A stretch of 39,793 nt of DNA from Elusimicrobiota bacterium (GCA_043826435.1 JBDRQF010000004.1:1-39793), one strand, 5' to 3'. Positions 9,354 through 19,007 are shown, counted from the first letter of the stretch. The notes: generated from the letters alone by a model not told the origin. Numbers and translations are program-made.

Positions 9354-10019
9354 ATGGATAAGAACAAATATGCCTCTTTCCGTAAGTACATTATTGCAGG
9401 GCTTATTGCAATCCTGCCTCTATGGATTACGCTGCAGGTAATATGGATAATCTTTAAATGGATCGGCGGCCTAACCCGGCCCTTTCTGGAACCCCTGTTT
9501 GAATTATTTTTCGGTAAAGAACCCGCCTCGCTGCTCCTCACGGTCACGAGTTTTATTTTTACCATCTTCCTTATATATGTTACGGGTTATATGGTGACCA
9601 ACATTGCAATCAGAAAAATCCTTTCAAAAATGGAAGACCTGTTCTTCCGGATGCCGTTCCTCAAGGGCATATATACGACCACCAAAGAATTTGTGAAGTT
9701 TATCTTTACAACTGAAAGGGGGAAAAAATACATAAGGGTTGTATTGGTGAAGTGGTTTAATTCAAGTTTCGTGAAGGTGATGGGCTTCGTTACCATGGAA
9801 ATAAAAGACCCTGTGACGGACAGGAAAATTCTCGGCGTGTTCGTCCCGACGACGCCCAACCCGACGACCGGTTTTTTCCTGTTACTTCCCGAGGAAGAGA
9901 TTATCCCCGTAAACATCCCGATAGACGACGCGCTCAAACTGATAATCTCCGGCGGGGTCGTGTCTTCCGAAACGGCACGGAACGCTCTAACGGATAAAAT
10001 ATATGGCAGAACTGGGTGA
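9354..10019 (+). CDS. DUF502 family membrane protein
   Basis: AGLIAILPLWIT N-terminus, VFVPTTPNPTTGF and DDALKLIISGG. Confidence 0.9.
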   Translation: MDKNKYASFRKYIIAGLIAILPLWITLQVIWIIFKWIGGLTRPFLEPLFELFFGKEPASLLLTVTSFIFTIFLIYVTGYMVTNIAIRKILSKMEDLFFRMPFLKGIYTTTKEFVKFIFTTERGKKYIRVVLVKWFNSSFVKVMGFVTMEIKDPVTDRKILGVFVPTTPNPTTGFFLLLPEEEIIPVNIPIDDALKLIISGGVVSSETARNALTDKIYGRTG

Positions 10020-11571
10020 AGGACATTTGCGGTTATTGCTCCAGGCGAACAGGATATTGTCATCCACACTGGACCTGAGGGATGTCCTGGCGAAGATTAT
10101 GGAACTGGCGATGGAGATTGTTACGACAGAGGGGTCGTCCGTTTTGCTGTTAGACGAACAAACGAACGAACTTGTATTTGACGTAACCCTCGGGGAGAAG
10201 AGCGAAAAGGTAAACCAGGTCCGCCTGAAGGTCGGGGAAGGCATCGCCGGCTGGGTCGCCGGACAAAAAAAATCCATTATAGTGAACGATGTGGAAAATG
10301 ACCCGCGGTGGTCAAAAAGAATTGATACCGCAGCCGGCTTCACGACCCGCAGCGTAATGTGCTGCCCTCTCGTATTCAAGGGGAAACTGTTAGGGGTGCT
10401 TGAAGTCGTAAATAAACAAAACGGCGCCGGGTTCACCGGTTCCGACATGCAGATAATTGAAGCATTCAGCGCCCAGGCAGCCATTTCCATAGCAACATCC
10501 CGCCTGTTCTCCGACATAACCGCAGAAAAGGATAAGATGCAACTTGTATTTTCGGAGATGGTCGAGGCGGCGATATTCTTTGACACTGCGGGAAAAATCC
10601 TGTTCGCAAACCATTACTTCAGTGTCCTCACGGGCGGGTACAAAAACGACATATATTCCACATTTGAAAACTTTTCGGTTACACCGCCTCTAAAGGCGGC
10701 GCTTTCATCCCCTGACAAGATAACAAACCTTGAATTCGCACACAGGGAAAGAAAATTTTTCCTCTCGGGCAAATTAGGGCGGGTAACAAACCCCACGGAC
10801 ACGGTCGGTTACATACTCCTGTTACGGGACGTGACGGATGAGAAAAAAACGCAGCACTTAAAAAAGGATTTCCTTTCACTAATTTCACATAAACTCAAAA
10901 CGCCTCTGGTTTCCATAATCGGTTATTCGGACCTCCTCCTGCAAAAATTATCCGCAGGCGCCGGGGATGCGCCCATGCGTCCGGCGATGCAACCCGCAGA
11001 CCTGCATTCCATTGAAACAATAAACAAACAGGGGCAATACCTGGATTCTCTGGTCACAAAACTGCTGAATTTTGCAATGGTTGAAACGGGCAAGGTTCCC
11101 ATTGAAAAAAAACCTACGGAAATGGCCGAACTGACGGACAAGGTTATAAATGAGCTACAGGCATGGCTTCAGCAGAACGGCGTTATTCTTTCCGTTGACC
11201 CGACTATCAGGACGCTGCCGGTTGTCAACCTTGATGAAATAAAAATATATTCGGTACTTAAAAATCTTATTGACAACGCCGTAAAATTCAACGACAAACC
11301 GCAAAAAATTGTACGGATTGTCCGGCATGATTTTGCAAACATGGTAGGGATTGCAGTGGAAGACAACGGCGAAGGCATCCCTCCTGAATACGTACCGAAA
11401 GTTTTCCAGGAGTTTTTTCAGATAGAGGAGTCGTTCACGGGCCAGGTCAAGGGCATGGGGCTGGGGCTTGCGATTTCCAAACTAATAGTGGAGTCGCATG
11501 ACGGCAGAATCGGTTTTGATACTGTTCCGGGAAAGGGCAGCAGGTTTTATTTTGTGCTCCCCGTCCACTAA
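10003..11571 (+). CDS. Cytoplasmic GAF-PAS sensor histidine kinase
   Basis: GAF (GEGIAGWVA, VNK...FT..D), H-box ISHKLKTPL, NLIDNAVKF, DNGEGI and GMGLGL. Confidence 0.92.
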   Translation: MAELGEGHLRLLLQANRILSSTLDLRDVLAKIMELAMEIVTTEGSSVLLLDEQTNELVFDVTLGEKSEKVNQVRLKVGEGIAGWVAGQKKSIIVNDVENDPRWSKRIDTAAGFTTRSVMCCPLVFKGKLLGVLEVVNKQNGAGFTGSDMQIIEAFSAQAAISIATSRLFSDITAEKDKMQLVFSEMVEAAIFFDTAGKILFANHYFSVLTGGYKNDIYSTFENFSVTPPLKAALSSPDKITNLEFAHRERKFFLSGKLGRVTNPTDTVGYILLLRDVTDEKKTQHLKKDFLSLISHKLKTPLVSIIGYSDLLLQKLSAGAGDAPMRPAMQPADLHSIETINKQGQYLDSLVTKLLNFAMVETGKVPIEKKPTEMAELTDKVINELQAWLQQNGVILSVDPTIRTLPVVNLDEIKIYSVLKNLIDNAVKFNDKPQKIVRIVRHDFANMVGIAVEDNGEGIPPEYVPKVFQEFFQIEESFTGQVKGMGLGLAISKLIVESHDGRIGFDTVPGKGSRFYFVLPVH

Positions 11572-11628
11572 AAAACCAACGATGCCCAGGCACACGGGCT
11601 ATCCTGCTGATTAAGGAGGAATAAAATT

Positions 11629-12315
11629 ATGGAACAGGACTCCATTCTTTCATTGTTAAAAAAGGTCCATCTTTTTTCCGGCCTTACGCACGCAAACCTG
11701 ATTAGAATCGCAAAAATCACCCGGAGAAAGGCGTATCCCAAAAACAAAAAGATATTTACTGAAAACACTGTCGGCAACACGCTCTACATCGTCGTATCGG
11801 GAATAGTAAAGATTTTCGGCCAGACAAAAACCAGGAAAAAGACCTTCGCATTCCTTGAGTCGAATGAGTTCTTCGGTGAACTTGCGCTCGTCGGTGAAAA
11901 AAGCCGGTCCGCCTCAGCCGAAACGGTATCCGACTCGGAATTACTTGCCATCCACCGGAAGGATTTTGCCGGACTACTGAAGAAATACCCCGAAATATCA
12001 ATGAACCTCCTGAAAGTCCTGTGCAGGCGCCTCTATTACGCGGACAAGGAAATAGAGATGGTCGTTTTCCACGACGTATTCGGCCGGGTCATACAGGTGC
12101 TTATGAACCTTTTAAAGAAATACGGAAAGAATACGCCTTACGGCAAGAGCATTGATTTTCCTGTAAACCATACCGAAATCGCCGAACTTGCGGGGACGGT
12201 CAGGGAGATGGTGACAAAAACAATCTCAAAGTTAAAGGCGTTGAAGTGTATTGATTTCATCGACAACAAAATCATTGTCACCGACGAGAAAAAACTTAAG
12301 TCGCTTATGAGGTAA
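11629..12315 (+). CDS. CRP/FNR family regulator with a cNMP-binding domain
   Basis: Phosphate-binding cassette FFGELAL....RSASA and HTH HTEIAELAGTVREMVTK. No FNR cysteine cluster. AAGGAGG RBS. Confidence 0.92.
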   Translation: MEQDSILSLLKKVHLFSGLTHANLIRIAKITRRKAYPKNKKIFTENTVGNTLYIVVSGIVKIFGQTKTRKKTFAFLESNEFFGELALVGEKSRSASAETVSDSELLAIHRKDFAGLLKKYPEISMNLLKVLCRRLYYADKEIEMVVFHDVFGRVIQVLMNLLKKYGKNTPYGKSIDFPVNHTEIAELAGTVREMVTKTISKLKALKCIDFIDNKIIVTDEKKLKSLMR

Positions 12316-12379
12316 CGTCGCATGGCGCAATTTGTCCCTGATATAGGAGATTCGCCGAATTACCGGAAAGAAACTTAAA

Positions 12380-13702
12380 ATGAATGTACAGGTACCGAAG
12401 GTCAGAGGAACACACGACATACTCCCGGACGATGCGGCCATATATCGTTTCATAGACAGGACCGCTCGGGGAATTTTTGAATTGAGGGATTTTTCGGAAA
12501 TAATCATACCGACCTTTGAGAGGGCGGAACTGTTCGTCCGTTCAACCGGGGAAACTACGGACATTGTTGAAAAGGAGATGTACACATTCCAGGATAAAAA
12601 AGGCAGGATGCTCGCTCTTCGTCCCGAAGGCACACCGGGCATCGTCAGGGCATATCTTGAAAACAACCTTGACAAAAAATCCCCGCTTACAAAATTTTAC
12701 TACTCCGGACAGATGTTCAGGTACGACAAACCGCAGGAGGGCAGGTACAGGGAGTTTTTCCAGGCCGGGTGCGAGTACTTCGGCGAACCGCGTCCCGTGG
12801 CGGATGCGGAGGTTATATTCCTGATGAAAGAAATTTTCAGCAGGCTGGGTATAACGGGACTGCATATCAGTATAAATTCCCTCGGCTGCCCTGAATGCAG
12901 AAAGGCATACAGGGATAAACTGGCTGCCTTTCTGGAAAGTATTGCGAGCGACCTATGCGACGACTGCGGTGTCCGTATCAGAAAAAACCCGATGAGAGCC
13001 CTTGATTGTAAGATTGATGCAAAAAAAATAAAGGGGACCAATACCCCGAAGATACTTGACTTCCTCTGCCGACAATGTTCGGACCATTTCTCCGAAACGG
13101 TGCAACTGCTGAAGGGGATAAACGTTGACTTTGAAATAGACCCGTACATAGTCAGGGGTCTGGATTACTATACGAGGACGGTGTTTGAACTCACCGCCGG
13201 GGACTCGGACGCCCTTGCAGCCGGCGGGAGGTACGACAACCTCATAGAACAAATGGGCGGAGCCCCGACGCCTGCAGCCGGGTTCGCCCTCGGAATTGAC
13301 CGCACCGTAAACCTTTTAAAAAAATCAGCCGCCGCAAATAAAACCGCCGGCCTCTCCGGAACCATCGGCCCGGCTACGCAAAACGCGTTAGCAACACAAA
13401 ACGCACCGGCTGACCGAAACGCACCGGTCGCCATAATCTCACGTCCGGACGTTGCGTCCGTCCGTGAATCTCTTAAATTGTCAAAACTCCTCATTGCAGA
13501 AAATATCATAACCGCCGGTCCCTGGCCTGAAAGAAGCATTAAATCGCAGATGCGACTGGCTGAGACCCTCGGTTCAGGTTACGCCATAATAACGGGAGAA
13601 GAGGAAGTCGCAGCAGGAAATTATACCTTACGGGATATGGCCGGCAGGTCCCAGGAAAAACTGACTGCGGGAGAGATAAAAACGAGATTGCTTCGTCGCT
13701 AA
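12380..13702 (+). CDS. hisS: Histidine--tRNA ligase
   Basis: VRGTHD, TDIVEKEMYTF, LRPEGT, GRYREFFQ, VRGLDYY and GGRYD. Confidence 0.97.
   Translation: MNVQVPKVRGTHDILPDDAAIYRFIDRTARGIFELRDFSEIIIPTFERAELFVRSTGETTDIVEKEMYTFQDKKGRMLALRPEGTPGIVRAYLENNLDKKSPLTKFYYSGQMFRYDKPQEGRYREFFQAGCEYFGEPRPVADAEVIFLMKEIFSRLGITGLHISINSLGCPECRKAYRDKLAAFLESIASDLCDDCGVRIRKNPMRALDCKIDAKKIKGTNTPKILDFLCRQCSDHFSETVQLLKGINVDFEIDPYIVRGLDYYTRTVFELTAGDSDALAAGGRYDNLIEQMGGAPTPAAGFALGIDRTVNLLKKSAAANKTAGLSGTIGPATQNALATQNAPADRNAPVAIISRPDVASVRESLKLSKLLIAENIITAGPWPERSIKSQMRLAETLGSGYAIITGEEEVAAGNYTLRDMAGRSQEKLTAGEIKTRLLRR
13370..13429 (+). repeat. 18-bp in-frame tandem repeat in the HisS linker
   Basis: CCGGCTACGCAAAACGCG / TTAGCAACACAAAACGCA / CCGGCTGACCGAAACGCA / CCGGTC, encoding PATQNA LATQNA PADRNA PV. 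Confidence 0.75.
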
Positions 13703-13718
13703 TGCTCCTCGCAATGAC
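13684..13718. repeat. REP/RPE-like element, copy 2 (right arm only), containing the hisS stop codon
   Basis: GAGATTGCTTCGTCGCTAATGCTCCTCGCAATGAC, differing from 28028-28062 at 2 positions. Confidence 0.9.
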
Positions 13719-13727
13719 ACGGGAAGA

Positions 13728-13743
13728 TGTGAGTAAAATCACA
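13728..13743. promoter_or_regulatory. CRP-type binding site
   Basis: Perfect TGTGA-GTAAAA-TCACA, intergenic, directly abutting TTGAAA-17nt-TAAAAT (13744-13772). Confidence 0.75.
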
Positions 13744-13762
13744 TTGAAATAAATCTGAAAAA

Positions 13763-14848
13763 ATGCTAAAATACTTTTCATTAACCATAGTTGCGCTGGT
13801 GGTTGCGGCCGGGGCATATTTTTACGTTACGGGGACGACTAAAATAGAAATTGGCATTAACGTGGACTCAACCGAATACATGGCGAAAGACGAACTCCGT
13901 TTTGAAGCCACAATAAAGAATATCGGGAAACAGCCGGGCTATTTTTTTATTGACGTAAAATCGGACATGGGGAAATTCACACCGCACCTTTTATACCTTG
14001 CCGGAAACACGGAACAGCCTGTGAGTTATACGCATGCAATACCTCCGCAGATTACACCCGGGAAGTATGCCGTTGACATAACGGTAAAAACCAGGGCAGC
14101 CATACCGTTCATGAAAACACAAAAGGTTAAGACCTCAGCCGCTAAAACTTTCTTTGTTGAAATAAAACAACCGCCGCCACCCGTTGTCCGGATACCTAAA
14201 CCCAAACCCCCGGAACCACTGATGATGGGTAATATTAAATTCGTGTCCCTGCCTCAACAAATGATATACCACTCGCTGTACAATGTCCGATTATTAACGG
14301 AAAACATTTCCTCAAGGCGTGGGGATTTCCTCGTCTGGCTCATTATTACCGGCCCCGAGAACACCTTAAAGGTATATTCGCAGACGGTCACAATGGCTGC
14401 GCTGGAATCCCGGGAGATTGAATTTGTTACGGGCGCGAAGCCATCAGACCCGCCGGGTGAATATTTCGCAAGCGCGGAAATGAGGGAACTCCCTGCCGAC
14501 CGTCTCCTATCGTCCGATGCAGCCGTAACGACACTGACAGACATGCCTCCGAATATTGAGTTTAAGAAGATGGACGTCTCCAAGACCCGCGACATAACGA
14601 TACTGTGTGACATAACGGACGACGTCAGGGTTGAAACGGCGAAACTCTTTTATGAAGACCCCCTGAGGAATTGGACGACAACATACAACATGGACATCGT
14701 CTCCGGCACAAGGACCTCAGGGGCATGGTCGTGTTCGTTCAGGCCTTACAAAAAGGCAAAAAATTTTAGTTTCTACTTAAAGGCAACGGATTCAAAAAAT
14801 AATACCTATCAAACAAACAAAAATTCCGTCTCGGTGGTGAAAAAATGA
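13763..14848 (+). CDS. Hypothetical membrane-anchored exported protein with probable Ig-like domains and a Pro-rich linker
   Basis: N-terminal hydrophobic helix, beta-rich segments and PPPPVVRIPKPKPPEP. ATGA overlap with the cyclase gene. Confidence 0.7.
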   Translation: MLKYFSLTIVALVVAAGAYFYVTGTTKIEIGINVDSTEYMAKDELRFEATIKNIGKQPGYFFIDVKSDMGKFTPHLLYLAGNTEQPVSYTHAIPPQITPGKYAVDITVKTRAAIPFMKTQKVKTSAAKTFFVEIKQPPPPVVRIPKPKPPEPLMMGNIKFVSLPQQMIYHSLYNVRLLTENISSRRGDFLVWLIITGPENTLKVYSQTVTMAALESREIEFVTGAKPSDPPGEYFASAEMRELPADRLLSSDAAVTTLTDMPPNIEFKKMDVSKTRDITILCDITDDVRVETAKLFYEDPLRNWTTTYNMDIVSGTRTSGAWSCSFRPYKKAKNFSFYLKATDSKNNTYQTNKNSVSVVKK

Positions 14849-16626
14849 AAAGGCGTCAACTAATCGGTATCCTGATTTCAGTCATTGCAACACTGCTGGT
14901 TTTAATCCTCACAGTTTTCGGCGTTTTCAGGACGTGGGAACACAAGTTCTACGATTACAAGTTTATTCTGAGGGGCAAGATTGAACCCTCACGGAATATT
15001 GTGATTGTTGGGATTGATGAGGACTCCCTTTCAAGGTTCGGGAGATGGCCCTGGCCCAGGAGCATACTCGCGGTGGCTATAAGGAACCTGAAAAAGGCAG
15101 GGGCGACGGTTGTCGGTACCGATATAATCTTCCCTGAACACAGTCAGGACCGCAACCATGACGTTGCATTCGCCAGCGCCCTCCGGTTTTCAAAATCTGT
15201 GGTCGGGGCGACCTTCTTTGAGATGGCTCCCGAAAAGGTGATTGACGTTGTTGACGGCCAGATACAGATACATGAGGTCTATGAAAGGAAACTCGTCCTG
15301 CCGGTTAAACTATTCCAGAATACGTACGCCCGGTTGGGCTTCACGAACGCCTATCCCGACGACGACGGTGTTCTCAGGGGGGCGCAGATGATTGACGAAT
15401 ACCATGACGAAAGGTATTATTCTTTCAATGCGGAGATATCGGCACTTTTTACCAGGAAGAATCCTGAAGAACTCGGCATCCCGGCGTACATACTTGCAAA
15501 CTTCCGCGGAGGGGGAAAGTCATACACCAGGTATTCATTCTCTCTGATATACGACGCCGCTTTCCCGAAAACATGGGTAAAAGACAAAATCGTCCTGCTG
15601 GGCTCCGTTGCAACAGGCGCTTTTGACCATTACCCGACACCTTTTGACAAGATGTACCCCGGGGTTGAGTTCCATGCCACGCTCATAGACAACATCCTCG
15701 TTAAGGACTACATCAGACCGCTCCCAGACACAGTAACCCTCCTGCTGGTTCTACTCTTCGGCGTCGGCATCGGGTACATCGGCATAAAAACGAAAACACA
15801 GCATGGGATTCTTTCGTTTTCAGCAGTCCTTATTGTATATTTCATAATAACCATGTTCCTGTTTTCAAAGTATAACGTCCACATGGACTTCTTCTCACCG
15901 ACGCTGTCCCTCGTTATTTCATACATCTCCCTTATGGGTTACAGATTCAGAGGCGAGGAGAAAGAAAAAAGGTGGATAAAGAAAACCTTTTCCTACTACC
16001 TGAGCCCTTCGGTAATCAATGAACTTACCGAAAGCCCCGAAAAACTCAAACTCGGCGGTGAAAGGAAAAACCTTACCGTTTTGTTCTCGGACATCCGGGG
16101 GTTCACCACCATGTCCGAAAAACTCAAACCTGAGGAAATCGTCGGTTTACTGAACGAATATCTCAGTTCCATGACGGAGGTTGTCTTTAACTATTACGGC
16201 ACACTTGACAAGTTTATCGGCGACGCGATAATGGCTTTCTGGGGAGCGCCCGTGCCGCAGGAAAATCATGCGCAACTCGCCGTTGAGTGCGCCCTTGAAA
16301 TGACTCTAAAACTGAAAGCGCTCCAGGAAAAATGGGCAAGCCAAGGCAAGTCAATAATAAACATCGGCATAGGGATAAACACGGGCGATATGATTGTAGG
16401 GAACATGGGCTCCAACCAGCGGATGGACTATACTGTAATAGGTGATAACGTAAACCTTGCATCCCGGCTTGAGACCCTCACCAGGCAGTACAATACCAAT
16501 ATAATAATATCCGAATCAACCCGGCAGTCGGTAAAGGATAAAATTGAAACGAAACTTCTCGGCGACGTCAAGGTAAAAGGGAAGGAAAAACCTGTAACCA
16601 TTTACGAGGCGGTATCCAAAAAATGA
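14845..16626 (+). CDS. CHASE2-domain class III adenylate cyclase
   Basis: CHASE2 (IVIVGIDEDSL..FGRWPWPR, D.DGVLR, PGVEFHA), 3 TMs, and cyclase motifs FSDIRGFT, DKFIGDAIMAFWG and YTVIGDNVNLASRLE. The Lys/Thr pair indicates ATP specificity. Confidence 0.95.
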   Translation: MKRRQLIGILISVIATLLVLILTVFGVFRTWEHKFYDYKFILRGKIEPSRNIVIVGIDEDSLSRFGRWPWPRSILAVAIRNLKKAGATVVGTDIIFPEHSQDRNHDVAFASALRFSKSVVGATFFEMAPEKVIDVVDGQIQIHEVYERKLVLPVKLFQNTYARLGFTNAYPDDDGVLRGAQMIDEYHDERYYSFNAEISALFTRKNPEELGIPAYILANFRGGGKSYTRYSFSLIYDAAFPKTWVKDKIVLLGSVATGAFDHYPTPFDKMYPGVEFHATLIDNILVKDYIRPLPDTVTLLLVLLFGVGIGYIGIKTKTQHGILSFSAVLIVYFIITMFLFSKYNVHMDFFSPTLSLVISYISLMGYRFRGEEKEKRWIKKTFSYYLSPSVINELTESPEKLKLGGERKNLTVLFSDIRGFTTMSEKLKPEEIVGLLNEYLSSMTEVVFNYYGTLDKFIGDAIMAFWGAPVPQENHAQLAVECALEMTLKLKALQEKWASQGKSIINIGIGINTGDMIVGNMGSNQRMDYTVIGDNVNLASRLETLTRQYNTNIIISESTRQSVKDKIETKLLGDVKVKGKEKPVTIYEAVSKK

Positions 16627-17309
16627 TTGTATTCTGGCGCCTGCTGCTTGCACACCTCCTGACTGATTTTACTTTCCAGACAAACGGCATTGCCCGCTGG
16701 AAAAGGGAATCCCCCGTGGGTGTTATCGTTCATTCCGGCATTTTTCTGATCCTTTCGTTCGTACTCTGCCGGCAATGGCTGGGACAGACATGGTGGAAGG
16801 TCCCCGGATGGGCTGCAATCGTTATACTGTTTATAATACACTCTATGGAAGACCACTACCGCATCTGGAGCATCGGCAAGGGCGGCTCCAACGACAACAT
16901 CCTTTTCTTTTTGTGGGACCAGTCCATACACGTTATACTCCTCTTCCTGTTTTCACAGGTAAACAACGGGAATATTATTGAAGAAAAGGTTATCGTAGCG
17001 ATATGCCTGCTCATCGGCGTGACGCATTTTACATCCATACTGATATATTACCTTGAAGAAGCGATATACGGGCACGAACACGTCCTTTTGCGCCTCAAGG
17101 GAAAATATTATTTAATAGTTGAAAGGGCTGCGATCTTCGGATGTTTCCTGCTGCCCGGTCGGTGGTGGCTGGTTTTTGCGGCCGTATTGATACTGAAACC
17201 GCTTATTTCCAGAGTATTCACCCTTAATGATTTTACCCGCACAAACCTGATTATCAGCCCTGTATCCGCCGTCGCTTTCGGACTACTCGCACGATTTATA
17301 CTCCATTGA
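16623..17309 (+). CDS. DUF3307 family membrane protein
   Basis: LLAHLLTDFTFQ, VHSG, IHSMEDH and WDQSIH; multi-TM. ATGA overlap with the cyclase gene. Confidence 0.8.
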   Translation: MIVFWRLLLAHLLTDFTFQTNGIARWKRESPVGVIVHSGIFLILSFVLCRQWLGQTWWKVPGWAAIVILFIIHSMEDHYRIWSIGKGGSNDNILFFLWDQSIHVILLFLFSQVNNGNIIEEKVIVAICLLIGVTHFTSILIYYLEEAIYGHEHVLLRLKGKYYLIVERAAIFGCFLLPGRWWLVFAAVLILKPLISRVFTLNDFTRTNLIISPVSAVAFGLLARFILH

Positions 17310-18451
17310 AAAAAACATTTCTGAAGTCCTGGCCATTTTTTTTATTCGTCGCATTCCTTTTCGCCGGTTTAATAATACCGGGAAAAGACGCAACGGTCGT
17401 ATCACTTAACGACCCCGGCATTGCCGGCTATTTTAAACTCACGGTCCCGGCAGAGTTCTATGCCGTTGAACCATTCGTCGGCCTGCCTGATTATCTTTTG
17501 TCATTCCAGCACATTAAATCTGTGGCGGCCTCTATCCTGCTGTTATTCTTAATATTCTTTATGTTTTTCATACGGTCCAAAAAACTTCATACACGGATAA
17601 TAGCAGTCGCCTTTTATTCCCTGCTGTCGTTTGTAATCGTAGTCGCCTACACGGTATTATTCCCTGTCCCCAAACATAAACTCATCAAAAATAACAACGA
17701 CTACCTTCTCGTTGATTTCCATTCGCATTCAACATATTCGCACGATGGCATCGCAACGGTCAGGCAGGGCGTGAAGTGGCACACCCGTCATAACTTTGAT
17801 GCATTCTATCTCACCGACCACAGCGTTAACCGCTATGCCGAAATACCGCGGGACATGAAACGGTTGAAGTCAAAGATACTCCCCGGCGAAGAGGTGCAGG
17901 ACAGGGAAGGCAACCACCTGTTAATCATCGGGCTGGACAGGTCAATATCGGATTTCCTGACTGAAGACCCGGCCTCACTTGAAACAAAAAGGTTAACGGA
18001 AACAGCCCACAAGAACGGCGGCGCGGTTATAGTAGCCCACTGGTGGCATGAAAAGGGCAGCGGGTTAAACGACCTTTACGCCGCGGGGGTTGACGGCTTT
18101 GAGATTTACGGCCGTGAAAAAACGCCGCTGACAGCCAAAACGCAAAAGGCCCTGCTGGATTTCTGCAGAGAAAAAAATATCATCGCCACAGGCGGGAGCA
18201 ACTGGCACGGGTGGGGTGCGAGGAATGACGTCTGGACTGCAATAAAACTGCCCGGCTGGCAGGAACTGGACACACCTCAACTCAATAAAAAAATCGTGGA
18301 CGCCATAAGGAACAAGCGGGCAGGCCTGTTTGACGTGCTGGTAATATCAAGGCATCCGGTTTATCCGTTAGGGTTGAATTTTTATCAGGTTGCTTCCTGG
18401 ATAGTTTTACTTTTTATTGCCAGGGGAATCTTATCCTGGAGGGGGGTTTGA
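17306..18451 (+). CDS. Membrane-anchored PHP-domain phosphoesterase
   Basis: DFHSHSTYSHDG, LTDH, PGEE, VAH, DGFE and GGSNWHG, preceded by N-terminal TMs. TTGA overlap. Confidence 0.85.
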   Translation: MKKTFLKSWPFFLFVAFLFAGLIIPGKDATVVSLNDPGIAGYFKLTVPAEFYAVEPFVGLPDYLLSFQHIKSVAASILLLFLIFFMFFIRSKKLHTRIIAVAFYSLLSFVIVVAYTVLFPVPKHKLIKNNNDYLLVDFHSHSTYSHDGIATVRQGVKWHTRHNFDAFYLTDHSVNRYAEIPRDMKRLKSKILPGEEVQDREGNHLLIIGLDRSISDFLTEDPASLETKRLTETAHKNGGAVIVAHWWHEKGSGLNDLYAAGVDGFEIYGREKTPLTAKTQKALLDFCREKNIIATGGSNWHGWGARNDVWTAIKLPGWQELDTPQLNKKIVDAIRNKRAGLFDVLVISRHPVYPLGLNFYQVASWIVLLFIARGILSWRGV

Positions 18452-19007
18452 ATTTGTGGTTCTGCTTAACGGTGGCGTCGCACTCCAATATGTACGGATG
18501 TAATTCCATCGCTTTATCCAGAGTTTCCGGATTGAACAAATTAATGTTATACTGACACAAAGCAGTAACGGAGTTCTTTGGAGAATAAACGTTTATTTTC
18601 TTCTCATATGCAAGAAGTTTGGACAACAATTCCTTTCTCTTTGATGCCCAGCTCAACTCGCCCGTCACCCTAATACCGTTGTACCCTTCTTTCAACGCCC
18701 GTTTTGCGGTCATTAACAATAATTTGATTGTATGGTCGGGATCAAAATAGCCCCTTGAAAAATAAAAATCATTGGCGGTCATTATATCAAAACATCCTCT
18801 TGCACTGTGTCTCACAACGTCAATCCCGTGCGAGTGCAACAACCTGCGCATGTGGTAAGGGGTGGTCTCATCAACCACATAAATACATTTCTCGTTCTTA
18901 TCAAGCCCGTCCTGAAAGAATTTTGAAACACACATCAACTGCTGGTCTCTGTTCTGGTACTCAAAGAATATGTGACCGCCCTCCGGAAATTTATTTGGGT
19001 TCTGCAT
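18414..19007 (-). CDS. Stand-alone MEDS (DcmR-like sensory) domain protein
   Basis: FFQDGLDKNEKCIYV, GYFDPD, GYNGIRVTGELSWA, LLAYE..IN, ALCQY and HPYIL. Confidence 0.85.
   Translation of the reverse strand: MQNPNKFPEGGHIFFEYQNRDQQLMCVSKFFQDGLDKNEKCIYVVDETTPYHMRRLLHSHGIDVVRHSARGCFDIMTANDFYFSRGYFDPDHTIKLLLMTAKRALKEGYNGIRVTGELSWASKRKELLSKLLAYEKKINVYSPKNSVTALCQYNINLFNPETLDKAMELHPYILECDATVKQNHKFKPPSRIRFPWQ

Noticed and set aside
9987..10586. Long antisense ORFs (also 23846-24391, 26925-27419, 35268-35768 and others)
   Set aside because: Shadow frames of well-supported plus-strand genes, with no motifs.
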